Below are positions 7,055-16,672 of a stretch of DNA of 20,599 nucleotides, in pieces. The DNA is taken from the NCBI GenBank assembly GCA_037138355.1, contig JBAXIL010000031.1, positions 1 through 20,599 on the forward strand, given 5' to 3'. The position numbers and the translations under genes are program-made. The stretch is from a bacterium. Lineage in GTDB: Bacteria > Oederibacteriota > PGYV01 > Palsa-1178. The notes beneath the pieces are model-generated. The model worked only from the letters and a program-made list of their open reading frames with translations. It was not told the origin of the DNA and made no database searches. Position 1 is the first letter of the stretch. The number at the start of each line of letters is the position of its first letter.

Positions 7055-9475
7055 ATGGTCAATAAAATACAAGATAAACACAATTACAAAACTATCTTAA
7101 GAGATAATTTCCATTTACTAATTGTAGGAATTTTTTATTATATAGCTTGTAACATATCACTTTTGTTCCCAGGTGCTGCAACGGTTATTGTGTTGATTTG
7201 GCCGGCAGCAGGTTTAGGTCTTGGGGTATTATTGCTTTTTCCAAAAAGCAAATGGTTGTTGATTATTTTAATTATTTTTCTTTCAGGTATTTTAGCCAAT
7301 ATCTCACATAGGACTTTTTTGGCGAGTATAGGGTTTATGACCACAAATGTTTTGGAAAGCTTTCTTTCTGCTTGGTTTATCACTAAGATAAATGGAGAAT
7401 ATGTTAAATTTACGAAAGTAAAAGAAATTATCAGTTTGCTTGTAGCGGTTTTTTTTATAAACTCTTTTACTGCTATTTTGGGGGCGACCATAGCGACGAT
7501 AACAAATAAAGACCCTTTTTATACAGCTTGGCTGACTTGGGTTATTGCGGATGGGTTTGGAATGATGTTGATGACTCCATTTGTTGTTACTATAATATCT
7601 TTAATTCGCTTTAAAAAAAAATGGAAGTATTCTTTAATAATTGAGTGGATTTTCGCTTTTGCTTTGTTATCAATATTATCAGGGCAGTTGTTTTTTGGGG
7701 GGGCAGATATTGCTGAACAATATCTAAAACCATACATGCTTTTCCCTTTGATAATTTGGATTGCTTTAAGATTTCAACTCACAGGTATTGCATTTGCTAA
7801 TGTATTGACTTTTACTTTAGCTATTACAGGAAATCACGATGTATTGGGATGGAATAATAATCTTAGTAGTACTGATAAAATATTGGCAATACAATTATTC
7901 ATGACAGTGTTAGTTGGTACTGGATTATTTACTGTCACGCTATTGGTAGAAAGGAAAAAGGCAGAGATAGAAATGCTTGAAAGTCGTAACAAATATAGCA
8001 TTATGATGAATGAGTCACCGACTGCAATTGTAGTTTATGATAAAAATGCAATGTTTTCAAATGCTAATAATGCGTTTTTTGATTTATTTGGTGTTAAAAA
8101 TAAAGCTTCTATGGCAGGTGTTTCCTTGTGGGATTTTACTGCTACGAGGGAAAGAAAAGCAGAACTATTGAAAAATAAAATAGTAAGATTTGAAGGGCTA
8201 TTTGATTTTCAACAGATAAAAGATTTAAAAGTTCTTAATACTACGAAATCTGGAAAGTTAGGATTTGATATTATAGTTGTGCCGATTAATGACATAGACG
8301 GAATAAATGCTGGATATATGTTACAGGTGCGAGATATTACTGAAGCCAAAGAAGCACAACAGAAACTTGAGCTGAGCGAAGATAAGTTTAGGAGCTTGTT
8401 TGAATCTTTGACGCAGGGGATTGCTATTCTTGAAGTGCTTTCAAATGTTGAGGGTAGTGGTAATGACTTTTTAGTCAAAGATGTTAATCAGGCCTTTGTT
8501 AATATGACAAATATTGACAGTAAAAAAGTTATAGGGTTTAAAATGTCAGAACTAAGTTCTTTGAAATTATCAGATTGGGTTGAAAGGCTTAATGTTGTTG
8601 TTAAAGAAAAAAAATCTATTAGTTTTGAGAATTATAACCCCGATTTAAACAAAAATTTTTTAGTCTATGTGTTTATGTCTAATTTTAATCAGATTGCTTT
8701 GCTTATTTCAGATATCACTATTGCTAAAAAGGCAGATTCTGTTAAGGAAAAGCTTATAGCAGAAATACATAAATCAAATGATGAACTTGAGGCATTTGCT
8801 CATACAATCTCACATGATTTGAAAAGTCCACTCACTACTATTCGTGGTTTCTCTGATTTAATTAGGCAACAAACGGCTACAAAAGACTCTGAAGGTGTGA
8901 TGAAAAGTTTGAAATATATATCGGATGCATCAAATGCAATGAAATTATTGTTAGAAAATATAAGCTTATTATCCAATATACCAAAATATTTAAATAATAG
9001 AATAAGTGTTTTCATACCAAATCTCATAGAACAAGTTAGTAATATATTAGCCATAGATATTCTGAATAATAAAGTAAAGGTTATTGTAACCGACGAATTA
9101 AAAAACCCACACAATGATTTATCTTATATATATTGTATGTACTCTCAGGTTTTGCAATTAATCTTAAATATTTTTTCAAACGCTATTAAATTTAAAAAAG
9201 AAAACGAACCAATGGTAATAGAAATTGGTATAGCTTCAAATAGGGGAAAAGACCCTTGTTATTATATTAAAGATAATGGAATAGGTATAGAAAATACATA
9301 TCTTGATAAAGTTTTTGGTTTGTTTGAGAGATTGGATAAAAGCATAGATGGAACAGGTGTTGGTTTGTCCATAGCCCAAAGAGTAGTTGAGCTGCACGGA
9401 GGACGGATATGGGCTGAGTCAAAGGGCTTAGGCAAAGGCACGACAATATATTTTATTTTGCCTAAATTAAAATAA
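7055..9475 (+). CDS. Membrane sensor histidine kinase: MASE1-like multi-TM domain, two PAS-like domains, HisKA, HATPase
   Basis: IWPAAG, NVLES, TWVIADGFG, P..IW.A.RF MASE1-type motifs; RDITE and SDIT PAS C-termini; H-box SHDLKSPL; KDNGIG, LFERL, GTGVGL. AGGGGA upstream favours ATG 7055; alternative start 7034. Confidence 0.9.
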   Translation: MVNKIQDKHNYKTILRDNFHLLIVGIFYYIACNISLLFPGAATVIVLIWPAAGLGLGVLLLFPKSKWLLIILIIFLSGILANISHRTFLASIGFMTTNVLESFLSAWFITKINGEYVKFTKVKEIISLLVAVFFINSFTAILGATIATITNKDPFYTAWLTWVIADGFGMMLMTPFVVTIISLIRFKKKWKYSLIIEWIFAFALLSILSGQLFFGGADIAEQYLKPYMLFPLIIWIALRFQLTGIAFANVLTFTLAITGNHDVLGWNNNLSSTDKILAIQLFMTVLVGTGLFTVTLLVERKKAEIEMLESRNKYSIMMNESPTAIVVYDKNAMFSNANNAFFDLFGVKNKASMAGVSLWDFTATRERKAELLKNKIVRFEGLFDFQQIKDLKVLNTTKSGKLGFDIIVVPINDIDGINAGYMLQVRDITEAKEAQQKLELSEDKFRSLFESLTQGIAILEVLSNVEGSGNDFLVKDVNQAFVNMTNIDSKKVIGFKMSELSSLKLSDWVERLNVVVKEKKSISFENYNPDLNKNFLVYVFMSNFNQIALLISDITIAKKADSVKEKLIAEIHKSNDELEAFAHTISHDLKSPLTTIRGFSDLIRQQTATKDSEGVMKSLKYISDASNAMKLLLENISLLSNIPKYLNNRISVFIPNLIEQVSNILAIDILNNKVKVIVTDELKNPHNDLSYIYCMYSQVLQLILNIFSNAIKFKKENEPMVIEIGIASNRGKDPCYYIKDNGIGIENTYLDKVFGLFERLDKSIDGTGVGLSIAQRVVELHGGRIWAESKGLGKGTTIYFILPKLK

Positions 9476-9530
9476 AATATTGCTTGAGTTTTTTTGAAGT
9501 AAGCTAAAACATAGTACTTGTTTTATATTA

Positions 9531-9558
9531 TTGATAATAGTTTGAAATATGATATAAT
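9531..9558 (+). promoter_or_regulatory. Putative sigma-70 promoter with extended -10 for the cheBR operon
   Basis: TTGATA (9531-9536), 16 nt spacer, TATAAT (9553-9558), preceded by TG at 9550-9551. Confidence 0.5.
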
Positions 9559-9639
9559 AAGTAATGCTTTAATCAAATTATTGCTTTTTTAGCAAAGAAT
9601 ATTTAGTTGCTTTTTATTAAATAGATTAAGGAGAAAAAC

Positions 9640-12585
9640 TTGAAAAAACCATTCAAAAAGACTAAAATCAAAAGAAAAAATATGCCTATTATAATTAGTC
9701 CAAAACATAAAATATTGAATACTTTAAGTGATTTTGGAATTGTGGGTATTGGTTCATCGGCTGGTGGGTTGGAGGCACTTGAGGAGTTCTTTAAACATGC
9801 CGCTGTGAATAGCGGATTGGCTTATGTGGTCATACAGCACCTTGATCCTACACGAGAAGGGATACTCCCTGAACTTTTGCAGCGTATGACATTGATGAAA
9901 GTTGTAGAGGCGAAAGATGATATGCTGGTAAAACAGAACTGTATATATGTTATACCTCATAATAAAACTATGTCTATATATAGAGGTAGGTTGAAACTTT
10001 TTGAACCTGTAATAAAAGATGGGTTGCGTCTTCCTATAGATTATTTTTTTCGTTCGCTTGCTGAGGATGTGCACGAACGCTCTATAGGAATTATATTATC
10101 TGGCATGGGGTCTGATGGCACTTTAGGACTTAAGGCAATTAAGGAAAGATTTGGAATAGTTCTGGTCCAAAATCCAGCTTCTGCCAAATTTGATAGTATG
10201 CCAAGAAGCGCTATGGAATCTGTAGTTGTAGATATAGTAGCAGAGGCAAAAGACTTGCCTAAGAAGCTTAATGCTTTTTTAAATAACATTATAGAAATAG
10301 AAGACAAGCCAAAAGCTTTCAGTGATAATATGAAAGCAATAAATCAAATTTTTACTATGTTGAAACACTCAAAAGATAATGATTTTAACCAATATAAATC
10401 CAATATGGTATATAGACGCATTGAACGGCGTATGAGCATACATCATATTAGCAATATTGTAAGTTATGCTGATTTCTTGCGTGACAATCCCACTGAGATA
10501 AAACTTCTTTTTAAGGAACTATTAATAGGTGTGACTAATTTCTTTCGTGATGCCAAACTGTGGGAAGCTCTTAGTTCGAAATACTTAACTGAACTAATAA
10601 AAAGGCATTCGGATAAGGATGTACTACGAGCATGGATACCAGCTTGTTCTTCTGGGGAAGAGGCATATTCCTTGGCGATAATTTTTAAGGAAATGCAGGA
10701 AACAATGCCCCCAGAAAAAAGAATTAGTTTACAAATATTTGCTACAGATTTAGATGATGTTGCTATAGATAAAGCCAGAAAAGGAGTTTTTGATGAAAAT
10801 ATCTCAGTGGATGTATCACCAAAGCGTTTAAAAAGATTTTTCAGAAGTGAAAAAAATTTATATCATGTCAGTAATGATATTAGGGAAATGATTATTTTTG
10901 CACCGCAAAATTTGATAAAAGACCCGCCTTTTACTAATATTGATTTTGTTTCGTGCCGTAATTTGCTGATTTATTTGAATGCAGATATGCAGAAAAAAGT
11001 CCTTGATATATTTAGGTATTCCATAAATGAGGGTGGACTTCTGGTGCTTGGTTCAGCTGAAACCATAGTAGATGACGACAAGACATTTTCGCAGTTGGAT
11101 GGCGTTCAAAAAATATATATGTCCAAGATTCAGGACAAAAAAACATTTGTTTTTCATGCCAATAAGGATAGTGATGAGATAGTTAAAAAAGATTTCATTA
11201 AAAAAAATAATATAAAAACATTAACCAAAATTGAAAATTTGGCTGAACGAGTAATAGTGCAACAGTTCGCGCCACCAGGGCTACTCGTAAATAAAGCTGG
11301 GGATATAATTAATATTTCAGGTCATACTGGCAAATTTTTGGAGTTGCCTATAGGTAAAACCAATCCGAGTATTTTTGCCATGATAAAAGAAGGAATAAGA
11401 GGAGAGTTTGGAAGGGCATTTAATAAGGCCATAAAACAAAAAAAATCAGTGACTATAAGTGAAATTCAAACAGATGCAAAACAAAGTGTTAATCGGTTGG
11501 ATATCACGATACAGCTTCTGAGCAGTCCAAGCGTTTTAAAAGATTTAGTTATTATTGTTTTCTCGGAAGTATTACTGGAACGGAAAAATGCAAAAGGAAG
11601 CAAGCATACCCCAGAGAAAAGAAATATAAATGAAAGAACACTTTATCGTGAATTGCAAAAGACAAAAGAAAATTTGCAGGCAAATGAAGAAGAAATGCAG
11701 ACCTCTCAGGAAGAGCTAAAATCAGTCAATGAGGAGCTGCAGTCCAATATAGAGGAGCTACAGTCATCAAATGAAGAACTGACCACATCTAAAGAAGAAA
11801 TGCAGAGCTTAAATGAGGAGCTACACACAGTTAATGCAGAGATGCAGTCAAAACTTAATAATTTTGAGAGGGTTAATAGCGACTTGAAAAATTTGCTAAA
11901 TAGCACGGAAATAGCAGTTATCTTCTTAGATACCAAAAGTCGCATCACGCAGTTTACTCATTCAGCAACGACAATATTTAATTTGAGGTATGGTGACATT
12001 GGGCGTCCTTACACTGACCTCACGAGCTCTATCATATACCCAGAAATGAAAAATGATATAACAGAAGTTTTGCGTTCTTTAGTTTCTGTGGAAAAAGAGA
12101 TACGATCAAAAAGTGACATATGGTATAAAGTGCGAGTTATGCCGTATAGGTCATTAGATGATCGTATAGACGGACTGGTAATAACTTTTTTAGATATTAC
12201 GGTGTCAAAAGTACTTGAATACAAGATGCGGAAAAATGAAGTGAAGTCACAGACTCTCATGAACTCTGTTAGTAATATTATTATAAGTATATCAAGCGAT
12301 GAACGGATTCTCAGTATAAATAAATCGGCAGAATTGTTTTATAGAGTTTCAGAGGCGCTTGTGTTAGAAAAAAACTATTACAGCGTATTTGTTCCTGATG
12401 TGTTGTGGGAAAAAGTTAGAACTGTCATAGCCTCTTTGTCAAAAAGTAAGGCTTCAATTGACTTTAAAACCACTGAAAAAGATAATTCGGGAAATATTAA
12501 AACAATAGATTGGCAGGCAAACAAAATGATAGTTGATGAGGAAAGTGTTTCGGACATTATAATTGTTGGCAAAGTTTGTTTATGA
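9640..12585 (+). CDS. CheB methylesterase / CheR methyltransferase fusion with PAS domains and an EELQ coiled coil (CheBR type)
   Basis: CheB triad motifs GIGSSAGG, IQHLDP, LSGMGSDG. CheR motifs IGVTNFFRD, ACSSGEEAYS, ATDLD, SCRNLLIY. Heptad EELQS repeats and C-terminal PAS domains. TTG start with AAGGAG at 9628-9633. Confidence 0.93.
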   Translation: MKKPFKKTKIKRKNMPIIISPKHKILNTLSDFGIVGIGSSAGGLEALEEFFKHAAVNSGLAYVVIQHLDPTREGILPELLQRMTLMKVVEAKDDMLVKQNCIYVIPHNKTMSIYRGRLKLFEPVIKDGLRLPIDYFFRSLAEDVHERSIGIILSGMGSDGTLGLKAIKERFGIVLVQNPASAKFDSMPRSAMESVVVDIVAEAKDLPKKLNAFLNNIIEIEDKPKAFSDNMKAINQIFTMLKHSKDNDFNQYKSNMVYRRIERRMSIHHISNIVSYADFLRDNPTEIKLLFKELLIGVTNFFRDAKLWEALSSKYLTELIKRHSDKDVLRAWIPACSSGEEAYSLAIIFKEMQETMPPEKRISLQIFATDLDDVAIDKARKGVFDENISVDVSPKRLKRFFRSEKNLYHVSNDIREMIIFAPQNLIKDPPFTNIDFVSCRNLLIYLNADMQKKVLDIFRYSINEGGLLVLGSAETIVDDDKTFSQLDGVQKIYMSKIQDKKTFVFHANKDSDEIVKKDFIKKNNIKTLTKIENLAERVIVQQFAPPGLLVNKAGDIINISGHTGKFLELPIGKTNPSIFAMIKEGIRGEFGRAFNKAIKQKKSVTISEIQTDAKQSVNRLDITIQLLSSPSVLKDLVIIVFSEVLLERKNAKGSKHTPEKRNINERTLYRELQKTKENLQANEEEMQTSQEELKSVNEELQSNIEELQSSNEELTTSKEEMQSLNEELHTVNAEMQSKLNNFERVNSDLKNLLNSTEIAVIFLDTKSRITQFTHSATTIFNLRYGDIGRPYTDLTSSIIYPEMKNDITEVLRSLVSVEKEIRSKSDIWYKVRVMPYRSLDDRIDGLVITFLDITVSKVLEYKMRKNEVKSQTLMNSVSNIIISISSDERILSINKSAELFYRVSEALVLEKNYYSVFVPDVLWEKVRTVIASLSKSKASIDFKTTEKDNSGNIKTIDWQANKMIVDEESVSDIIIVGKVCL

Positions 12586-13871
12586 AAAAAATAAAATACA
12601 ATAATTCCTTTAAGACACTTCGTAAAAAAGCAGAAGCGCATATAAAAAATGAAAACAAAAAAAATGCGGTAGTCGAAAAAGTTGATAAAAAGCAAGATTC
12701 TTTTCAACTGCAGGTTCAAGCAGTTGAGTTAGAATTACAAAATGATGAGTTGAGGCGTGTTAATGAGGTTTTGGAACAGGAAAAAACAAAATATTCCAGC
12801 TTGTATGATCATTCGTCCATAGGATACTTCACCGTTAATCAAGCTGCTGCAATAATTAATCTAAATAATTCTGCCGCGGCATTGATAGGTTTAAACAAAG
12901 AGTATTTATTGAATAAAAATATTAGGCTGTTTGTGGACAAAAATAGTCGTAAAGATTTTGATGTTTTTTTGACAAAGATATTTTATACAAATAAAAAACA
13001 AGAATGCGAAGTTAAACTATTAACAGATAACCAAAACCCAACAATAGTATATATAGAAGCGCTCAGGATGGATCATGAAGATTATTGTTGTCTTAATGTT
13101 TTAAATATATCTGATGAAAAAAAATGGGCTCAAGACATTGAAGTAAAAAACAGTGAATTAGAGGCATTTGCTTACACTGTAGCGCATGATCTTAAAAACC
13201 CTTTGACCACTATCAAGGGCTTTTGTGGAGTGCTTTTAGAAAATAAAATAAAATTTAAGGATAAGGAACTTGAGGGGTATTTAGAACTCATAATAAAATC
13301 AGCTGATACCATGGAGTCTTTTTTGAATGCTATACTTCGTATTTCTAAAATAGGCAAAGTCAAAGAGTCATTCGAGACTGTCTCTTTGCAGGACATTATA
13401 GATACTTCTAATCAAACTCTAAAACAAATTTTAAATGATAACAAAGCGACTCTTAAGTTAGCTGACAATATAATGAAAACAAGTAACAATCTTAAATATA
13501 TATACTGTGATAGATATTTAATATTGGAAGTATTTCAGAATCTGATAGTAAACTCATTGAAATATAGGGACCCAAATGTTGCTCCAATTATTGAAATAGG
13601 TTATGACTTATTGACAAATGGCGAACCAGCTTACTATGTTAAGGATAATGGAAAAGGCCTTAATATTATGTATTTATCAAAGATTTTTGATTTATTTGAA
13701 AAACTGGATAATCAAGCATCGGGTTCAGGAGCAGGACTGGCAATAGTAAAAAGAATAATACAAAGACATGGTGGGATAGTATGGGCTGAATCAAAAGGTT
13801 TAGGTTTTGGCTTAAAAGTACTTTTTACAGTTCCCAAACTAAATAACGAGGTGATTAGAAATAATGGATGA
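12582..13871 (+). CDS. Cytoplasmic PAS-domain histidine kinase
   Basis: N-terminal coil QLQVQAVELELQNDEL, PAS (LYDHSSIGYF), H-box AHDLKNPL, QNLIVNS, KDNGKG, GSGAGL. ATG 12582 forms an ATGA overlap with the cheBR stop; alternative TTG at 12576. Confidence 0.9.
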   Translation: MKKIKYNNSFKTLRKKAEAHIKNENKKNAVVEKVDKKQDSFQLQVQAVELELQNDELRRVNEVLEQEKTKYSSLYDHSSIGYFTVNQAAAIINLNNSAAALIGLNKEYLLNKNIRLFVDKNSRKDFDVFLTKIFYTNKKQECEVKLLTDNQNPTIVYIEALRMDHEDYCCLNVLNISDEKKWAQDIEVKNSELEAFAYTVAHDLKNPLTTIKGFCGVLLENKIKFKDKELEGYLELIIKSADTMESFLNAILRISKIGKVKESFETVSLQDIIDTSNQTLKQILNDNKATLKLADNIMKTSNNLKYIYCDRYLILEVFQNLIVNSLKYRDPNVAPIIEIGYDLLTNGEPAYYVKDNGKGLNIMYLSKIFDLFEKLDNQASGSGAGLAIVKRIIQRHGGIVWAESKGLGFGLKVLFTVPKLNNEVIRNNG

Positions 13872-14313
13872 ACACAATCCCTTGATTTTAGTAGTAGAAG
13901 ATGATGCGGCTCATTACGAGCTTGTGAAAATTTGTTTGAAGCAAGGCGATATAAAAGCAAGGCTTTTCCAAGTAAATAATGGTGAAGATGCCGTAGCGTA
14001 TTTAAAGAAACAGGGGAGATATAGCAAAGATTCTATGACTGTAAATAAACCAACCTTTGTTTTACTGGATTTACATATACCAAAACTTAATGGCTTTGAG
14101 GTATTGGAAATAATCAAAGCAGATGAAAAAATATCTAATATACCAGTAGTGATTTTTACAACATCTGATTCAGAAATAGATATGAAAAAAGCTTATGAAA
14201 ATCATGCTAATTCTTTTGTAGTAAAACCGACAGATTTTGGTGATTTTAAGAAGGTACTTCTTGATATGGCTTCTTACTGGCTGAGCTGCAACACAATTGT
14301 TTCAGTTGATTAA
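13864..14313 (+). CDS. Single-domain response regulator, Rcp1-like
   Basis: ILVVEDD, LLDLHIPKLNGFEVL, IPVVIFTTS, ANSFVVKP and a C-terminal YW typical of Rcp-type receivers. SD GAGGTG at 13848-13853; overlaps the kinase stop. Confidence 0.92.
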   Translation: MDEHNPLILVVEDDAAHYELVKICLKQGDIKARLFQVNNGEDAVAYLKKQGRYSKDSMTVNKPTFVLLDLHIPKLNGFEVLEIIKADEKISNIPVVIFTTSDSEIDMKKAYENHANSFVVKPTDFGDFKKVLLDMASYWLSCNTIVSVD

Positions 14314-14470
14314 GAAGTTTTATAAACGCTTAAGCTGAAGGCATTACACCTTTCTTGAAGTTAACAACATAAAATCCCAAACAAACATTAAGGCATTTAA
14401 TTATTAGTGTTTGTTATTATTTCAGCAAGAGGCGTGCTGACACATAGGTTAGTTCTTGTCTTTTATATCA

Positions 14471-14498
14471 TTGACACATTAGCAACTTCCTTTATAAT
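14471..14498 (+). promoter_or_regulatory. Sigma-70 promoter for the GH13 gene
   Basis: TTGACA (14471-14476), 16 nt spacer, TATAAT (14493-14498). Confidence 0.7.
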
Positions 14499-14528
14499 TA
14501 AATCTCAACTAATATCACGGAGGATTAT

Positions 14529-16016
14529 TTGGCTGTAAATAATGATAAGACACCAGACTGGGCAAAAAACTCTATAGGATATATTTGTTTTGTGGATGCT
14601 TTTGCTTCTTCGGTTCCTGACCCACAGGGTAAAAAAGGTATATATACTGGTTTAGCATACGGTGAAAGTATAGAAAAACTTTTGTGGCATGAGAAAGATC
14701 CTACCTTGCATCACAATAGCGGTTTTTATGGTGGCGATTTAAAAGGTGCTGCATACGCTGTTGATTATCTTCAGGAGCTCGGCATTGATATGGTTTACTT
14801 AACGCCGATTTTTAAAGCCCTTAGTAATCACAAATATGATACATTGGACCATTTGAGTATAGATAGTCATTTTGGGGATATAAATGATTTTAAAGATATG
14901 GTAAATGTTTTTCATTCCAAAGGAATTAAAGTTATACTTGACGGAGTTTTCAATCACACAAGTTCTGAACACGAGTGGTATAAAAAAGCAAAGTCAGGTG
15001 ATGCTAAATACAAGGCAATGTATGAGGTTAATCAAGAAGGTTATATTATGGTGTGGAACGGAATTGAAACCTTGCCTGTCTTAAATCAAGAAAATCCTGA
15101 TGTGATTGAGTACTTTTACAGTGGTGAAAATAGCGTGGTGAAGTATTGGCTAAAACAAGGCGCTGATGGTTGGCGGCTTGATGTGGCAGAAAGACTTGGG
15201 AAAAAAACGCTTGAGAGAATAAGGACTGCTATAAAAGAAATAGGAGAAGATAAACTCTTAATTGGCGAGGTTGTGGAAACCTATGGCAAAGAGTGGCTCA
15301 ATGATGGAGAGCTTGACGGAGTTATGAATTATGTTTTCAGAGGAACTACCGCTAATTTTTTAACTGGAAAAATAGATGGCAACAATTATATGAATGAGTT
15401 GCTGAAAATGTACGGGGAATATCCAGAAGAAAAACTTAGAGCCAGTTGGAATTTGATTTCTACGCATGACACTAACCGCATACTTTATGATGTAAATAAT
15501 GATGAGAGCTTGTTTAAAATAGCGGTGGCTTTACAGTTTACTTATCCTGGTTCGCCTGTGATTTATTTTGGTGACGAGCTTGGCACTACAAAGGGCCTTA
15601 AAGAAGAAGAAAATCGTATGGGCCTTGACTGGGAAGTGGTAACTGGTTATGAGAAATATTCAGCAGGCGGACCTATGGATTGGGGAAAAGTAAATAGATA
15701 TAATAGCTTTCACGAGTTTTATAAGCATATGATATGGTTGAGAAAGAGTTTTAATGCACTTAAAGATGGTGATTTTATAGAAGTATGTGCTTTGGATAAT
15801 GTGATTGCGTTTTTTAGGAATAATAAGGATAGCTGTGTGCTTGTCATAGTAAACAAAGGAAATGATATTTCTGTAAAACTTAACATACCTGAGGTAGTTA
15901 TAAACAGAGCAAAACAATTGAAATGTATTTATGGTGGTAATGGCTATTTGAATCCCGATAAAAGTGTAATGGATTTCTATATTGGCGGGAAAAATGTTTA
16001 TATTTTTGCTGGCTAA
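14529..16016 (+). CDS. Cytoplasmic GH13 alpha-glycosidase (neopullulanase / cyclomaltodextrinase / maltodextrin glucosidase-like)
   Basis: FYGGDLKG, SNHKYDT, region I DGVFNH, LPVLN, region II GWRLDVA, region III GEV, region IV STHD, YFGDE. TTG start behind GGAGG at 14519-14523. No signal peptide. Confidence 0.92.
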   Translation: MAVNNDKTPDWAKNSIGYICFVDAFASSVPDPQGKKGIYTGLAYGESIEKLLWHEKDPTLHHNSGFYGGDLKGAAYAVDYLQELGIDMVYLTPIFKALSNHKYDTLDHLSIDSHFGDINDFKDMVNVFHSKGIKVILDGVFNHTSSEHEWYKKAKSGDAKYKAMYEVNQEGYIMVWNGIETLPVLNQENPDVIEYFYSGENSVVKYWLKQGADGWRLDVAERLGKKTLERIRTAIKEIGEDKLLIGEVVETYGKEWLNDGELDGVMNYVFRGTTANFLTGKIDGNNYMNELLKMYGEYPEEKLRASWNLISTHDTNRILYDVNNDESLFKIAVALQFTYPGSPVIYFGDELGTTKGLKEEENRMGLDWEVVTGYEKYSAGGPMDWGKVNRYNSFHEFYKHMIWLRKSFNALKDGDFIEVCALDNVIAFFRNNKDSCVLVIVNKGNDISVKLNIPEVVINRAKQLKCIYGGNGYLNPDKSVMDFYIGGKNVYIFAG

Positions 16017-16043
16017 GTGGGAATAATTGAAATCGCAAGAAAC

Positions 16044-16072
16044 TTGACAAGCCAGATAGAACAGGTTATAAT
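16044..16072 (+). promoter_or_regulatory. Perfect-consensus sigma-70 promoter for the pilin gene
   Basis: TTGACA (16044-16049), 17 nt spacer, TATAAT (16067-16072). Confidence 0.8.
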
Positions 16073-16120
16073 TTATTGATATAAATAAATCAATCAAAGA
16101 TGTATGAGGGAGGCAGAATT

Positions 16121-16561
16121 ATGCAAAAACAGAAGGGTTTTACCTTTATTGAACTGCTTATAGTTATGGCGATATTGATTTTATTGTTTGTTGCGTTAAG
16201 TAATAAATTTAAAACAATGTTTGAAAGTACAAAGGAAACGGCAACCAAAGCCAATATTGCTGTTATAAAAGAAGCGATTGCGTTTTATTATGGTGATAAT
16301 GCTGGAGTATATCCTGCAACCTTGACTGATGAGGCGTTTAAAAAATATTTGCCTATAATGCCACAGGTAAAAGTAACACATTCTGGAAAACCAAATGTTC
16401 TCAAAGGCACCTGCTCGGATGTATTGGTAGTTACAAAAGATTCTCCTATTGAAGCGAACACAGATGGTTGGAGATATAATGCAACTACAGGAAATGTATG
16501 GGTAAATAATTCGCAGACAGACACACAAGGAATGTCATATTCTATGTATGGCTATAAATAA
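16121..16561 (+). CDS. Type IV pilin / type II secretion pseudopilin-like protein (class III signal peptide)
   Basis: MQKQKG|FTFIELLIVMAIL cleavage/methylation motif with E at +5. GGGAGG at 16108-16113 favours ATG 16121; alternative start 16100. Confidence 0.9.
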   Translation: MQKQKGFTFIELLIVMAILILLFVALSNKFKTMFESTKETATKANIAVIKEAIAFYYGDNAGVYPATLTDEAFKKYLPIMPQVKVTHSGKPNVLKGTCSDVLVVTKDSPIEANTDGWRYNATTGNVWVNNSQTDTQGMSYSMYGYK

Positions 16562-16576
16562 AGCGATTTTTTGAAT

Positions 16577-16622
16577 AAAAGACCGTAAATTTTCTTAAAA
16601 GAAAATTTCGGTCTTTTTTTTT
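16577..16622 (+). terminator. Intrinsic terminator after the pilin gene
   Basis: AAAAGACCG-t-AAATTTTCTT pairs with AAGAAAATTT-CGGTCTTTT as a long stem with one bulge, followed by a T-tract to 16622. Confidence 0.85.
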
Positions 16623-16672
16623 AGCGAGTTTTAAATACTGCTAAGCAGTGGAGGCATTTTATCACCGTTATT

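Noticed and set aside
11686..11847. 21-nt DNA tandem repeat element
   Set aside because: It is explained by the encoded heptad coiled coil, with synonymous variation between units.
9640..14313. Flagellar chemotaxis operon
   Set aside because: No cheA, cheW or MCP gene is present, and the architecture is the CheBR/PAS-kinase type.
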